Source of the DNA: Promethearchaeota archaeon
GTDB lineage: Archaea > Asgardarchaeota > Lokiarchaeia > Sigyniarchaeales > SOKP01
Reading direction: 5' to 3'
NCBI GenBank assembly: GCA_013375485.1
Contig: JABXKB010000043.1
Location: 1-20,308 of the forward strand
DNA length: 20,308 nucleotides
Position 1 is the stretch's first letter. Each line of letters starts with the position of its first letter. Positions 9,024-17,468 of the stretch are shown piece after piece. The notes under the pieces are model-generated. The model searched no databases. It saw nothing but the letters and a program-made list of their open reading frames with translations, and had not been told where the DNA came from. The position numbers and the translations under genes were made by a program.

Positions 9024-9842
9024 TTATAAAGCTGATAGAAAATTTTCTACAGCATTTCTGAATAATTCAGGTTGATCATCATGTACTACATGGCCCGCAT
9101 TTGGAATCTCGATTAACTGACAGTTCTTTACTATTTTTAACATCTTTTCAGCATGTTCGCGTTGAAAACCACTATCCCCGCCCTTAATAATCAGTGTGGG
9201 ACATTTTATTTGTTCTAATTCATCCCATCTTGAATTTTCAAAACTGAAACTAAGAATTTTAAGTAAATGTTCAAAACTAAAGATAGGATAGTATCCTAAT
9301 TCATTTTCTTCAAGTAATTCTATAAAATGATCCGCATATGTGGGATGTAAACCTCCAAAAAATTGACGTGCTTCTTTTAAGCAACTAAATGGTATAGGCC
9401 ATGATTCAAAGAATTTTTTCCAATCCTCAACGGCTTCCATAGGGGGTGATTGAGCACTTTTATCTTCGATAATGAGAGCTTTAACAAGGTGTGGATGCAA
9501 CGCTGCTAAACCCCAAGCTATCGAACCCCCCATAGAATGCCCAATTGCAATACTATTATAAATACCGAGCTCATTCATAGCTATTGCAATGTCTTCAATC
9601 ATTACATCTCGAGAGTAATTATCATTAGGTTTTTCACTTCTTCCATGCCCTCTTTGATCGAATCCTATAACATGATAACTTCCTTTCATCCATAGTACTG
9701 TTTCATACCAAGTGGATGCTCTTGACATAAGTCCATGCAGGAGGATAACGTTTTCTCCTGATCCTCCAAAATCAATATAAGCTAATCGAACATCCTTTCC
9801 ATTGATATATCCTCTTTTTAAATCATTCACTTTAAAAATCAC
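9024..9842 (-). CDS. Alpha/beta hydrolase
   Basis: VILLHGLMSRASTW, VIGFDQRGHGRSEKP, AIGHSMGG nucleophile elbow, LIIKGGDSG and NAGHVVHDDQPE catalytic His region. Confidence 0.92.
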   Translation of the reverse strand: MIFKVNDLKRGYINGKDVRLAYIDFGGSGENVILLHGLMSRASTWYETVLWMKGSYHVIGFDQRGHGRSEKPNDNYSRDVMIEDIAIAMNELGIYNSIAIGHSMGGSIAWGLAALHPHLVKALIIEDKSAQSPPMEAVEDWKKFFESWPIPFSCLKEARQFFGGLHPTYADHFIELLEENELGYYPIFSFEHLLKILSFSFENSRWDELEQIKCPTLIIKGGDSGFQREHAEKMLKIVKNCQLIEIPNAGHVVHDDQPELFRNAVENFLSAL

Positions 9843-9949
9843 CGAATTAAGTAAGTTTTTCTCGATGTGTTTCTTTTTTTAGGTTATTGGAAAAACAAAA
9901 TGCCAAATCTCACACCACATCTTTATCTAGTTTGACTTATTATTATAGA

Positions 9950-10420
9950 TTAGTCTATTCCTGGTTTAAATTCAACTTGATTTAACTTATAATAGAACCT
10001 TGCATCTTTAGGTTTAAATCGAAGTATAGTATAATCAGGATCCTCCAATCCTTTTGGATAATACCTTATAGATGTATCTAACCAGAATTGTCGCTTAATA
10101 TCCATATCTTCAACTATTTCTGCTTCACCTCCAAACATTACTCCTTTAAAATCTTCGGTGTCGCAGAAATAAACAGAAACTTTAGGATTTTCCTTTATGT
10201 GGTCGATTTTAGATGAGCTAGTATTTGTTGAGAAATAAATTACATATTTATCTTCCAGTTTATCGTAGAATTTAGAAAATTCAGGATAGCGTTCCCTATA
10301 TCGTGTGTTAAGCAATGCTCTTGTTATAGGAAAGCCATCAGAGTCAATTGTTGACAAATAGGCTAAAAGGGAATTTTCTATTAATTCCTCACTTAATTTT
10401 ATTACTTCTTCTAATTCCAA
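9950..10420 (-). CDS. Pyridoxamine 5'-phosphate oxidase-like (split-barrel) flavin/F420-binding family protein
   Basis: AYLSTIDSDGFPITRALLN..., STNTSSSKIDHIKENPKVSVYFCD, FKGVMFGGEAEI pattern typical of PPOX-like general stress proteins. Confidence 0.82.
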   Translation of the reverse strand: MELEEVIKLSEELIENSLLAYLSTIDSDGFPITRALLNTRYRERYPEFSKFYDKLEDKYVIYFSTNTSSSKIDHIKENPKVSVYFCDTEDFKGVMFGGEAEIVEDMDIKRQFWLDTSIRYYPKGLEDPDYTILRFKPKDARFYYKLNQVEFKPGID

Positions 10421-10459
10421 ATTTTTTACATCTCCTTCTAATTTTAAAAAGCATGTAAA

Positions 10460-10930
10460 TTATTCTTTTCCCGGGTCAAAATGTACGTTTTGTAATTTAT
10501 AATAAAACCTTGCTTGATTAGGATTCAATCTGAGCAAGGCATAATCAGGATCTTCCAAACCATCTGGATAATACCTCTTCCACCAGTCTAACCATACTTT
10601 TCGTTTTATTTCCATGTCATCAATTTTTTCTACTTCTCCACCAAACATGACACCTTTAAAATTTTCGGGATCACAATAATACACACTAATTTTTGGATTG
10701 CTCTTAATATGTTCGATTTTTGATGATGCTGTATTTGTGATTATATATATTATATATTCATGTTCTTGATTAGCGAAAAATTCAGAAAATTCGGGAAATT
10801 GTTCCTTATTTCTTAGATTAAACATTGCTCTTGTTATAGGAAATCCTTCTGGGTCAATAGTCGTAAGATATGCCGCTTTTGAAGTCTCTATTAGTTCAAG
10901 ACTTAATTTTTTTACTTCATATAATTCCAT
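10460..10930 (-). CDS. Pyridoxamine 5'-phosphate oxidase-like protein, tandem paralog of the neighbouring gene
   Basis: AYLTTIDPEGFPITRAMFN..., TNTASSKIEHIKSNPKISVYYCD, FKGVMFGGEVEK. Collinear and same length (156 aa) as the 9950..10420 product. Confidence 0.82.
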   Translation of the reverse strand: MELYEVKKLSLELIETSKAAYLTTIDPEGFPITRAMFNLRNKEQFPEFSEFFANQEHEYIIYIITNTASSKIEHIKSNPKISVYYCDPENFKGVMFGGEVEKIDDMEIKRKVWLDWWKRYYPDGLEDPDYALLRLNPNQARFYYKLQNVHFDPGKE

Positions 10931-10964
10931 ATTTCATACCTCTTAATTTAATTTGGGCTTAAAA

Positions 10965-11303
10965 TCATAAATTCTTTCTAATTTCATCTAATCTTTCTTT
11001 TGCTGATGGTGTTTTATCAAAAGTCATCTTTAAGTTTTCACAAAAATATTCTTCACAGTATGCACAATTTTCAAATCCTTTCTCACGAGAACAACTCCTT
11101 ATTGGGCATTCACCGCACCAACTAAAAAGTCTCCCTTCTGAAGTGCATCCATCACAATAAATCTCCTCTATTTTAAATGGCATTGATTCACTTGACCATT
11201 CTTTTGCAACTTTTTTGAGTTCTTTCTTATCATTTTTTTGAGTGGCTAAATATGCAGGACACTCTGAACAATTAATTCCGCAATAGGCAATTATTTTTTC
11301 CAT
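10965..11303 (-). CDS. DUF3795-like Cys-rich protein
   Basis: IAYCGINCSECPAYLATQKND...YCDGCTSEG...WCGECPIRSCSREKGFENCAYCEEYFCENL. Confidence 0.75.
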   Translation of the reverse strand: MEKIIAYCGINCSECPAYLATQKNDKKELKKVAKEWSSESMPFKIEEIYCDGCTSEGRLFSWCGECPIRSCSREKGFENCAYCEEYFCENLKMTFDKTPSAKERLDEIRKNL

Positions 11304-11360
11304 ATTTTATTTTCTCTTTTCATTAATTATTAGATTTTAAATTAAATTTTAAAAAAAAAT

Positions 11361-11939
11361 TTATTTTTTAGGTTTATAACTTGTTCCTACTTCATATGCT
11401 TCTGCTAAATAGTCCCCAATTTTCCGATAAGGACCATGAGGCATTAAACAGATAAAGGAGTCAAAACTATTGACATCTGGTTCTTTATTTTTTACATATT
11501 TCTCATCAGAATATATTTCGACAATTTCTCCTATAAGAAAATCAGTATTTTTGAATTCTTTAATATTCACTAGTTTACATTCGATATTAACACTACATTC
11601 TTCAATCATTGGGGCAGTCCCAAGATCCCCATAAAATAGCTCAAATTCCTTGGCTTTATCAACTTTGGATCCAGAATGTAGACCACAATAATCTGTAACT
11701 ACAACCATATCACTAGTAGGAATATTGATACTAAATGATCTATTTTCCTTAACTCCTGGATTAGTATAGTGCTTTTTTGACATTGCCACACCTATCAATG
11801 GAGGATTATCATGTAGCATATTAAACCATATAATTGTATTGAAGTTAGGTTTACCATTCACGTGAGCTCCTAATATACATACTGGCAAGGGTAATGGTGG
11901 TAATTTCCATCCTGTTTTGACTTTATTTATTTTTTTCAC
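11361..11939 (-). CDS. Flavin reductase family protein (FMN-binding split barrel)
   Basis: PLPVCILGAHVNGKPNFNTIIWFNMLHDNPPLIGVAMSKKHYTNPGVKENRSFSINIP, SGSKVDKAKEF and LVGEIVEIYSDE-like elements. Confidence 0.88.
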   Translation of the reverse strand: MKKINKVKTGWKLPPLPLPVCILGAHVNGKPNFNTIIWFNMLHDNPPLIGVAMSKKHYTNPGVKENRSFSINIPTSDMVVVTDYCGLHSGSKVDKAKEFELFYGDLGTAPMIEECSVNIECKLVNIKEFKNTDFLIGEIVEIYSDEKYVKNKEPDVNSFDSFICLMPHGPYRKIGDYLAEAYEVGTSYKPKK

Positions 11940-12509
11940 CTATATTATACTTTTTTGAATTTTCTATTTCAGTAGGAATTTTTTCTTTATATATACCATT
12001 ATTTCGGGGAATTGGTTCATTATAATAAATATAATTATCAATTCCAAAACGAAACGACATTGTTTCCATATTTTTTTCTTTTATTTTTGGTGATTTAGAT
12101 CAATTTTGTTTGATGTCGAACAAGATCGTTCTATATCGAACAATTTTACTTTATATATAAAGGTTTCTAAAGTTTTCATCTTCTTCATAAATTTATATTT
12201 CTACTGAGATTTGATAAATATCGTCTTCCTAAAGACATGATATTTTCGAAACCTATTTAAAATTTTGTATCGTGTGCCGTTTTACTTGTACCAAAAAGGA
12301 ATTAAATTTTACTTTAAAAAAAAAGATTTTCCAAGAAGGGATTCATGAAAAAATCATTTATTATTAACTTTTATACTACCATAGAGAAACATTGACAGTA
12401 CGCAAACCATCCCCAAAATAATAAATGGATGGTACATCTAATCTTCGATATGTTTCTACATATAGAAAAGTATTTATTGTGAATTTTCTAAAAGAAGCAA
12501 GTTAATGGT

Positions 12510-13204
12510 TTAATTTCTTTCTTTCCATTCATCAATCATCTCCTTAATTTCTTCAGGAGCATCTGAATTTGTGAACCTTATATTTTCGGTTAAATTACTT
12601 GATTCATCATTATTACCACAAATATGATTGGAAGGAACAGCACCAAAATTACTACAATACAGAGCCTTTTACTTTCCATCCTCAGTTTATTAGCTAAATC
12701 TATTCTTCTATTAAAAAAAACTAATTGATCTTCTTCTGTAATAAATTCGTATATATTATTTAATGTATTTCTTTTCTTTTCTTGAGGGTGATACAGGTTA
12801 AAAGGGGGAATTGGCCCTGGCCACATGTTTCTTACCCTCAAAAATTTTCCATGTTCTCGTTCTCTTTCATTTCTTAATATTTTCTCACTTTCTAAATATA
12901 TTTTCATCTCTCTTTTTTTTAGTTGTTTTAATTCAATCTTATTTTGCTTTAGCAAATCTTTTACAAATTCACCAGCTTTTTTTCTTTCCATTAATTTTGC
13001 AGACTCTCCTTCCAATTCTTTAATCTTGTTTAATATTTTCATTGCTTCATTTGTTAATTCTCCCCATCGTAATTTAAATTCTATAAATACTTTGTCTTCT
13101 ATTGCTTCATCTCTTTCTTGAATCAATTGTTTGAAGTCTTTAAATCTAATTGGAATATCTCTTTTCTTTCTTTCAAATTCTTCTTCCTCTTCTTTATCAT
13201 TCAT
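12510..13204 (-). CDS. Coiled-coil hypothetical protein, possibly frameshifted near its C-terminus (ORF as called is 12590..13204)
   Basis: 204 aa highly charged helical ORF. A second frame carries LYCSNFGAVPSNHICGNNDESSNLTENIRFTNSDAPEEIKEMIDEWKERN, ending with a stop at 12510-12512. Confidence 0.5.
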
Positions 13205-13856
13205 ATTTAGTTCTTGGGTTTAGTATGATTAAAATTAAACCGACAGTTTTCACTTCTTATATAATAAATTAAAATAATTATGATATAATTAGAATCTTTT
13301 GTATATAATATTATATGGTGGTATTAGCATTAAAATTTAAAAATAAGCTATTTAAATAGATTATAAAATAAATTTATACATTTCTTTAGTGAAAAACTAT
13401 GATTAAATACATTTTTTTGATTATATTCTTCATTGTTGCTAATTATAGAAATATTTGCTGAATATAAAGACAATAAAAAAATCGAATACTTTGCGAAGCC
13501 ACTCTTAATGTCGCTTTTTTTTCATCAAATTCTATTTTTAGGAAACCCAATTATTGTTTTCACCCCAAAACCCTTCTAGGAGTCCACTCAGAGCTTTGGA
13601 TACAAAACCAAAAATATAATCCTAAACAAATTATATTTAACCCAAATTTACTTAAAAATGAATGTAATTTAATTGAGGTAAATATAAAATGATAAGAAAA
13701 AATAAAACAATTTTAAATGTAGGCATAGGAATAGTTAGTCGGCTTTTTACTCGTTTAAAATGGTTATACTATTTGTTTAATATGTAATTTATCTTGTAAA
13801 AAAATTTTTAATTTAGCAATAATTTAATGTTAGTAGCATAGGTTTTAAAAAAAGGT

Positions 13857-13959
13857 GCCTCAATAGCTCAGTCGGTAGAGCGTTGCCTTGGTAAGGCAAA
13901 GGTCGGGGGATCATAATATGCGAGTATTTAGCTCGAAAAGGATAAACCCCCTTGGGGCT
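13857..13959 (+). tRNA. tRNA-Thr (anticodon GGT) with about 30 nt inserted in the T loop
   Basis: Acceptor GCCTCAA/TTGGGGC, D stem GCTC/GAGC, anticodon stem TTGCC/GGCAA with loop TTGGTAA, T stem GGGGG (13905-13909)/CCCCC (13947-13951) separated by 37 nt rather than 7. U73 followed by encoded CCA (13960-13962). Confidence 0.85.
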
Positions 13960-13975
13960 CCATCTAAACTAAGGC

Positions 13976-14083
13976 GCCGGTGTGGCTTAGCTGGTTATAG
14001 CGCCAGACTCATAATCCTTCTGAAAAAATGGGTCAGACTGGATGTATTCTGGAGGTTCGAGGGCTCAAATCCCTCCACCGGCA
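13976..14083 (+). tRNA. tRNA-Met (elongator-like, anticodon CAT) with about 33-nt intron in the anticodon loop
   Basis: Acceptor GCCGGTG/CACCGGC, anticodon stem CCAGA/TCTGG, loop CTCATAA, T arm GAGGG-CTCAAAT-CCCTC, A73. Intron about 14015-14047, boundaries +/-1 nt. Confidence 0.88.
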
Positions 14084-14104
14084 CTCTTTCTATCTATTTA
14101 ATAT

Positions 14105-15115
14105 TCAAAAGCAAAATTCACCATATTTAACTACAGTCTTGGTTGAGCCATCTTTGTACGTTACGTTTATCGTTGGTTTATAGAACAAGAAATCTCTATG
14201 AGTTTTAGATCTATTCTGTCCACCCTTCATATTTTCATTATTACCAAATGCAATATGGGCTGTTCCAAGAGCTTTTTCATCTTCAAGCAAAATTCCACTC
14301 AGTTTAGCACCAGGGTTAAGACCTATTCCTAATTCTCCAATTATCCTAGCCTCTTCATCCAAGCTAGTTAATATCTCAACTTCCTCAACTAATTTTTGAT
14401 CTTTGCTTTCCAAATTAATAATTTTTCCATTTTTTACATATATTTTTAAGGGTTTCTTTACTTTACCAATATCACCAATAGAACCATCACATACAATAAT
14501 GCCATCAGCCCTAGATTCAATGGGACCGCACCAAATTTCACCACACGGTAGATTCGCAAAATATGGCTCCTTGATAATTTTAGCATCTGTAGAAAAAGCG
14601 CGCTCTTCTATATCTAATACGATATCCGATCCTCCTGGTGCTGTAACATGAACTATTTTAGCATTATCAAAACTTTTAATCATTTTATCTGCTGCTAATA
14701 CCATTTTTTCATAATCAACATTCATGGGACCTTCAAGCATCATCGATTTGGTGATACTTGGCCCATGACCTATTCGAATAGATTTAGTAGCAACCATTTC
14801 TTTTATCCATTTAGCTCGAAATGGAGTTTCCTCACCTGATCCTTTAAATACATTAATTATTATAGATTTTCCTTTTGCAAACTCGCTCATTTCTGCGGGT
14901 ATTTCTAATAGTGGTCGCAGTTTTTCAGGCAATAAATATATTTGTGCTGTACAACCATAATCAATAGCTGCATCATGAAAAGCATTCCCTATATTTTTAG
15001 TATATTCATCAGACACAACTAACACAATATCTTCTTTTTTTAAATTCATAACATGAATCATATAATTTTTAGCTGAAGTTTTCATCATTTCGAATTCATT
15101 CATATTAGTATTCAC
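14105..15115 (-). CDS. M29-type (leucyl/thermophilic) aminopeptidase-like protein
   Basis: C-terminal ELGIGLNPGAKLSGILLEDEKALGTAHIAFGNNENMKGGQNRSKTHRDFLF and WCGPIESRADGIIVCDGSIGDIG match M29 aminopeptidase-like architecture. Confidence 0.8.
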   Translation of the reverse strand: MNTNMNEFEMMKTSAKNYMIHVMNLKKEDIVLVVSDEYTKNIGNAFHDAAIDYGCTAQIYLLPEKLRPLLEIPAEMSEFAKGKSIIINVFKGSGEETPFRAKWIKEMVATKSIRIGHGPSITKSMMLEGPMNVDYEKMVLAADKMIKSFDNAKIVHVTAPGGSDIVLDIEERAFSTDAKIIKEPYFANLPCGEIWCGPIESRADGIIVCDGSIGDIGKVKKPLKIYVKNGKIINLESKDQKLVEEVEILTSLDEEARIIGELGIGLNPGAKLSGILLEDEKALGTAHIAFGNNENMKGGQNRSKTHRDFLFYKPTINVTYKDGSTKTVVKYGEFCF

Positions 15116-15210
15116 ACGATTCCGTACAGTAAAATAATCGATTTTTTATTATTATTGGAAAAAATTAGTTATTAAACTTAATTCTTTCTAAAGAAATAAA
15201 ATGCTTTCTT

Positions 15211-15492
15211 TTACCTTTCAGTATTATTTTTCTGTTTCCAATTTACTTTATTCATTGATAGAGGATTTAGCATTATAGCGCCTGGATATGGGCATTCCAT
15301 TACACAACATCCACAATACCAACATTCTCCAGAGTAAGCTACGATTGGAGGTTTATGTTTCACTGGATTCGGGATGAATATGTCTACTTGACATATTTCT
15401 ACACATTTATTACAACCTGAACATAGCTCAGGGTTAAATTTTATTGGATTTGAGATCCCTTGTTCTGGAATTACAAAAACTTTTTCATTCAT
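15211..15492 (-). CDS. Two-[4Fe-4S] ferredoxin, AprB-like
   Basis: Two CxxCxxCxxxC motifs: CSGCNKCVEIC and CWYCGCCVMECP. Start overlaps the stop of the upstream flavoprotein gene. Confidence 0.85.
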   Translation of the reverse strand: MNEKVFVIPEQGISNPIKFNPELCSGCNKCVEICQVDIFIPNPVKHKPPIVAYSGECWYCGCCVMECPYPGAIMLNPLSMNKVNWKQKNNTER

Positions 15493-17447
15493 CAGTTAAT
15501 CCCCCCTTTTATGTATTCTTCATTATGGGTTGCATAATTTTCTGTAAGAGATCCATAATAATCAATGGGTAGTTCTCCAATCTTTACTTTATTATTCTCA
15601 AGTTTTACAGTGATGAATTTGTGCCATTCAGGTGGATCCATTTCAGGGTAATCTGATTGAATAAAATGCAAATGCTTTGAGCTTGCTTTTCTTGCTAAAC
15701 AAGAATGTATGATCATTTTTGCATTAGTAAGGATATTCAAAACCTCTAAAGAGCGAATCAATTCATGGGGATTTCGAGCATATAATTTTAAAGCCTCATC
15801 GCGTTCCATATCTTCTAATAATTTTAAACCTAATTTCAAGAGTTCATCACTTTTTATCTCACCGCAATAATTTTGCATTATTCTTGTAATATACATGTTA
15901 AATTCCTTCCACCCTATTCCATCATCGCTCTGATTTATAATGGAATAGATACGATTTTTTTCAGATTTAACTTGTTGAAAATCTACTCTTGGTTCAGAAC
16001 TTCTCATGGCATAATCAGCAGCATGTCTTCCAGCATAATATCCTGTTGCAGCAGCATGTCCAACACAATCTGAGGCAAATAATTGATCACCCGCAGCGTA
16101 AAGGCCTACAAGATTTGTCTTCAGATCCCAGTCATTTAATATCCCTCCTGGGACTCCAAAGAGTTGTCGCTCTCTTGGGAGGAATGAGGCTGAAGTCCAT
16201 CCTTCTCCATAACTTTGGAGTAAGTGTTTTTCAGGATCAAATCCAGCTTTAGTATAAGTTTGTAATATAGGAATTTTTGACTTTCCCTCTTGACCTACCA
16301 TTAAACCCCATATGGCTTTTCGCTCATATTTGGGCATACTTGGTAAATCAGCATAAAAAGGTAGTTTAAATCCTTTCTTTAAAAGAATTTCAACTGGGAG
16401 AATATCTGGTCCTTGATATTCATATAAATGGAAATCAGATTCTCCTCCTCCTTTTAGGAAGAATTTTTGTCCTGATGCTGGGCGATAACGTTGAAAAATA
16501 CTCTTGAGAATATTACCATCTCTATCAATCCACGGAATTTCTTTACCATTTGCATCAACCAATGAGCACGCATACCAAGTATTATGGGTATTACCAGTCC
16601 CATAAGGAGGATAACTACGCTCACCCGACCATTGTCCTCTAATAGATCTTTCCATCAGAGTAAATTCAACACCAGCTTTCCAACCCATTGCATGACCATC
16701 CCCCATACACTGAGGTGGTCGGAATTCAGAGATTCCAGGTAAACCGGGAGAGAAAAGCCAAACCCGAGTTGGCCGAGACATACAAAGTATGGTAGCTTTG
16801 GCTTTAAACACAATAAATTGACCTGTTCGCCCATTTACCCCTGTAGCACCAACAATTCTAGTTCCTTGCTTACCTGCTTCTGTTAATAAGCTTGTAGCCA
16901 TTATCCTATCATAAATATCTACACCTAAGCGTTTACATTCTTTATAAAGGGCAGGCTTAAAAGTGGTTCCCCATACTCTCAAGGTGAATTTATTTTCATA
17001 ATCATAAGCGAATAAAAATTTCGTTTTTTCATCTCTAAATTTAGCTCCTTTGAACTCATCTTCTGTGTCTCTGATCTTTCCTCCCATTTTTTCTAGGTCT
17101 AAAAGCCTATCATATCCCTCTTTACACTCGATATAATGCGAAATTCCATTATTATAGCCATCATGATCTTTAATCATTGCTAGTGTGAGTTCTTCAGGGG
17201 TAATATGTGAGCAGGGATTAGTAGCCGCTGATTCCCAATGGTCGCAACCTGATCCCCCAGCTCCACTTCTGATTGTTGCCCCTTTTTCGACTAGTGCTAC
17301 TTTTACTCCTTTTTTGGCTACTGCTACTGCAGCCCAGGAACCTGCTATTCCTCCCCCTAATACTAAAACGTCAGTACTTATTTCATTCTTTAAATGCCAT
17401 TTCACAGGATACGGCCATTCAAGTTTATTATAAAACTGTTGTCCCAC
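15492..17447 (-). CDS. FAD-dependent oxidoreductase of the fumarate reductase/succinate dehydrogenase/AprA flavoprotein superfamily
   Basis: N-terminal dinucleotide fold TDVLVLGGGIAGSWAAVAVAKKGVKVALVEKG, later LVGLYAAGDQLFASDCVGHAAATGYYAGRHAADYA. Directly coupled to a two-cluster ferredoxin gene. Confidence 0.88.
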   Translation of the reverse strand: MGQQFYNKLEWPYPVKWHLKNEISTDVLVLGGGIAGSWAAVAVAKKGVKVALVEKGATIRSGAGGSGCDHWESAATNPCSHITPEELTLAMIKDHDGYNNGISHYIECKEGYDRLLDLEKMGGKIRDTEDEFKGAKFRDEKTKFLFAYDYENKFTLRVWGTTFKPALYKECKRLGVDIYDRIMATSLLTEAGKQGTRIVGATGVNGRTGQFIVFKAKATILCMSRPTRVWLFSPGLPGISEFRPPQCMGDGHAMGWKAGVEFTLMERSIRGQWSGERSYPPYGTGNTHNTWYACSLVDANGKEIPWIDRDGNILKSIFQRYRPASGQKFFLKGGGESDFHLYEYQGPDILPVEILLKKGFKLPFYADLPSMPKYERKAIWGLMVGQEGKSKIPILQTYTKAGFDPEKHLLQSYGEGWTSASFLPRERQLFGVPGGILNDWDLKTNLVGLYAAGDQLFASDCVGHAAATGYYAGRHAADYAMRSSEPRVDFQQVKSEKNRIYSIINQSDDGIGWKEFNMYITRIMQNYCGEIKSDELLKLGLKLLEDMERDEALKLYARNPHELIRSLEVLNILTNAKMIIHSCLARKASSKHLHFIQSDYPEMDPPEWHKFITVKLENNKVKIGELPIDYYGSLTENYATHNEEYIKGGIN

Positions 17448-17468
17448 CTCTTAATTCATCTCACTTCA

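Noticed and set aside
11940-12509. Possible transposon remnant in the intergenic gap
   Set aside because: No convincing terminal inverted repeats, target duplication or transposase-like frame could be read.
12811-13121. Two plus-strand ORFs rich in Leu/Phe/Ser
   Set aside because: Antisense to the Lys/Glu-rich coiled-coil gene, a common artefact of such composition.
13888-14130. 80-aa plus-strand ORF
   Set aside because: It runs through tRNA-Thr and tRNA-Met, so it is a spurious frame.
15211-17447. Calling the pair aprA/aprB outright
   Set aside because: Architecture is similar but substrate-specific residues cannot be verified and no sulfate-reduction context is visible.
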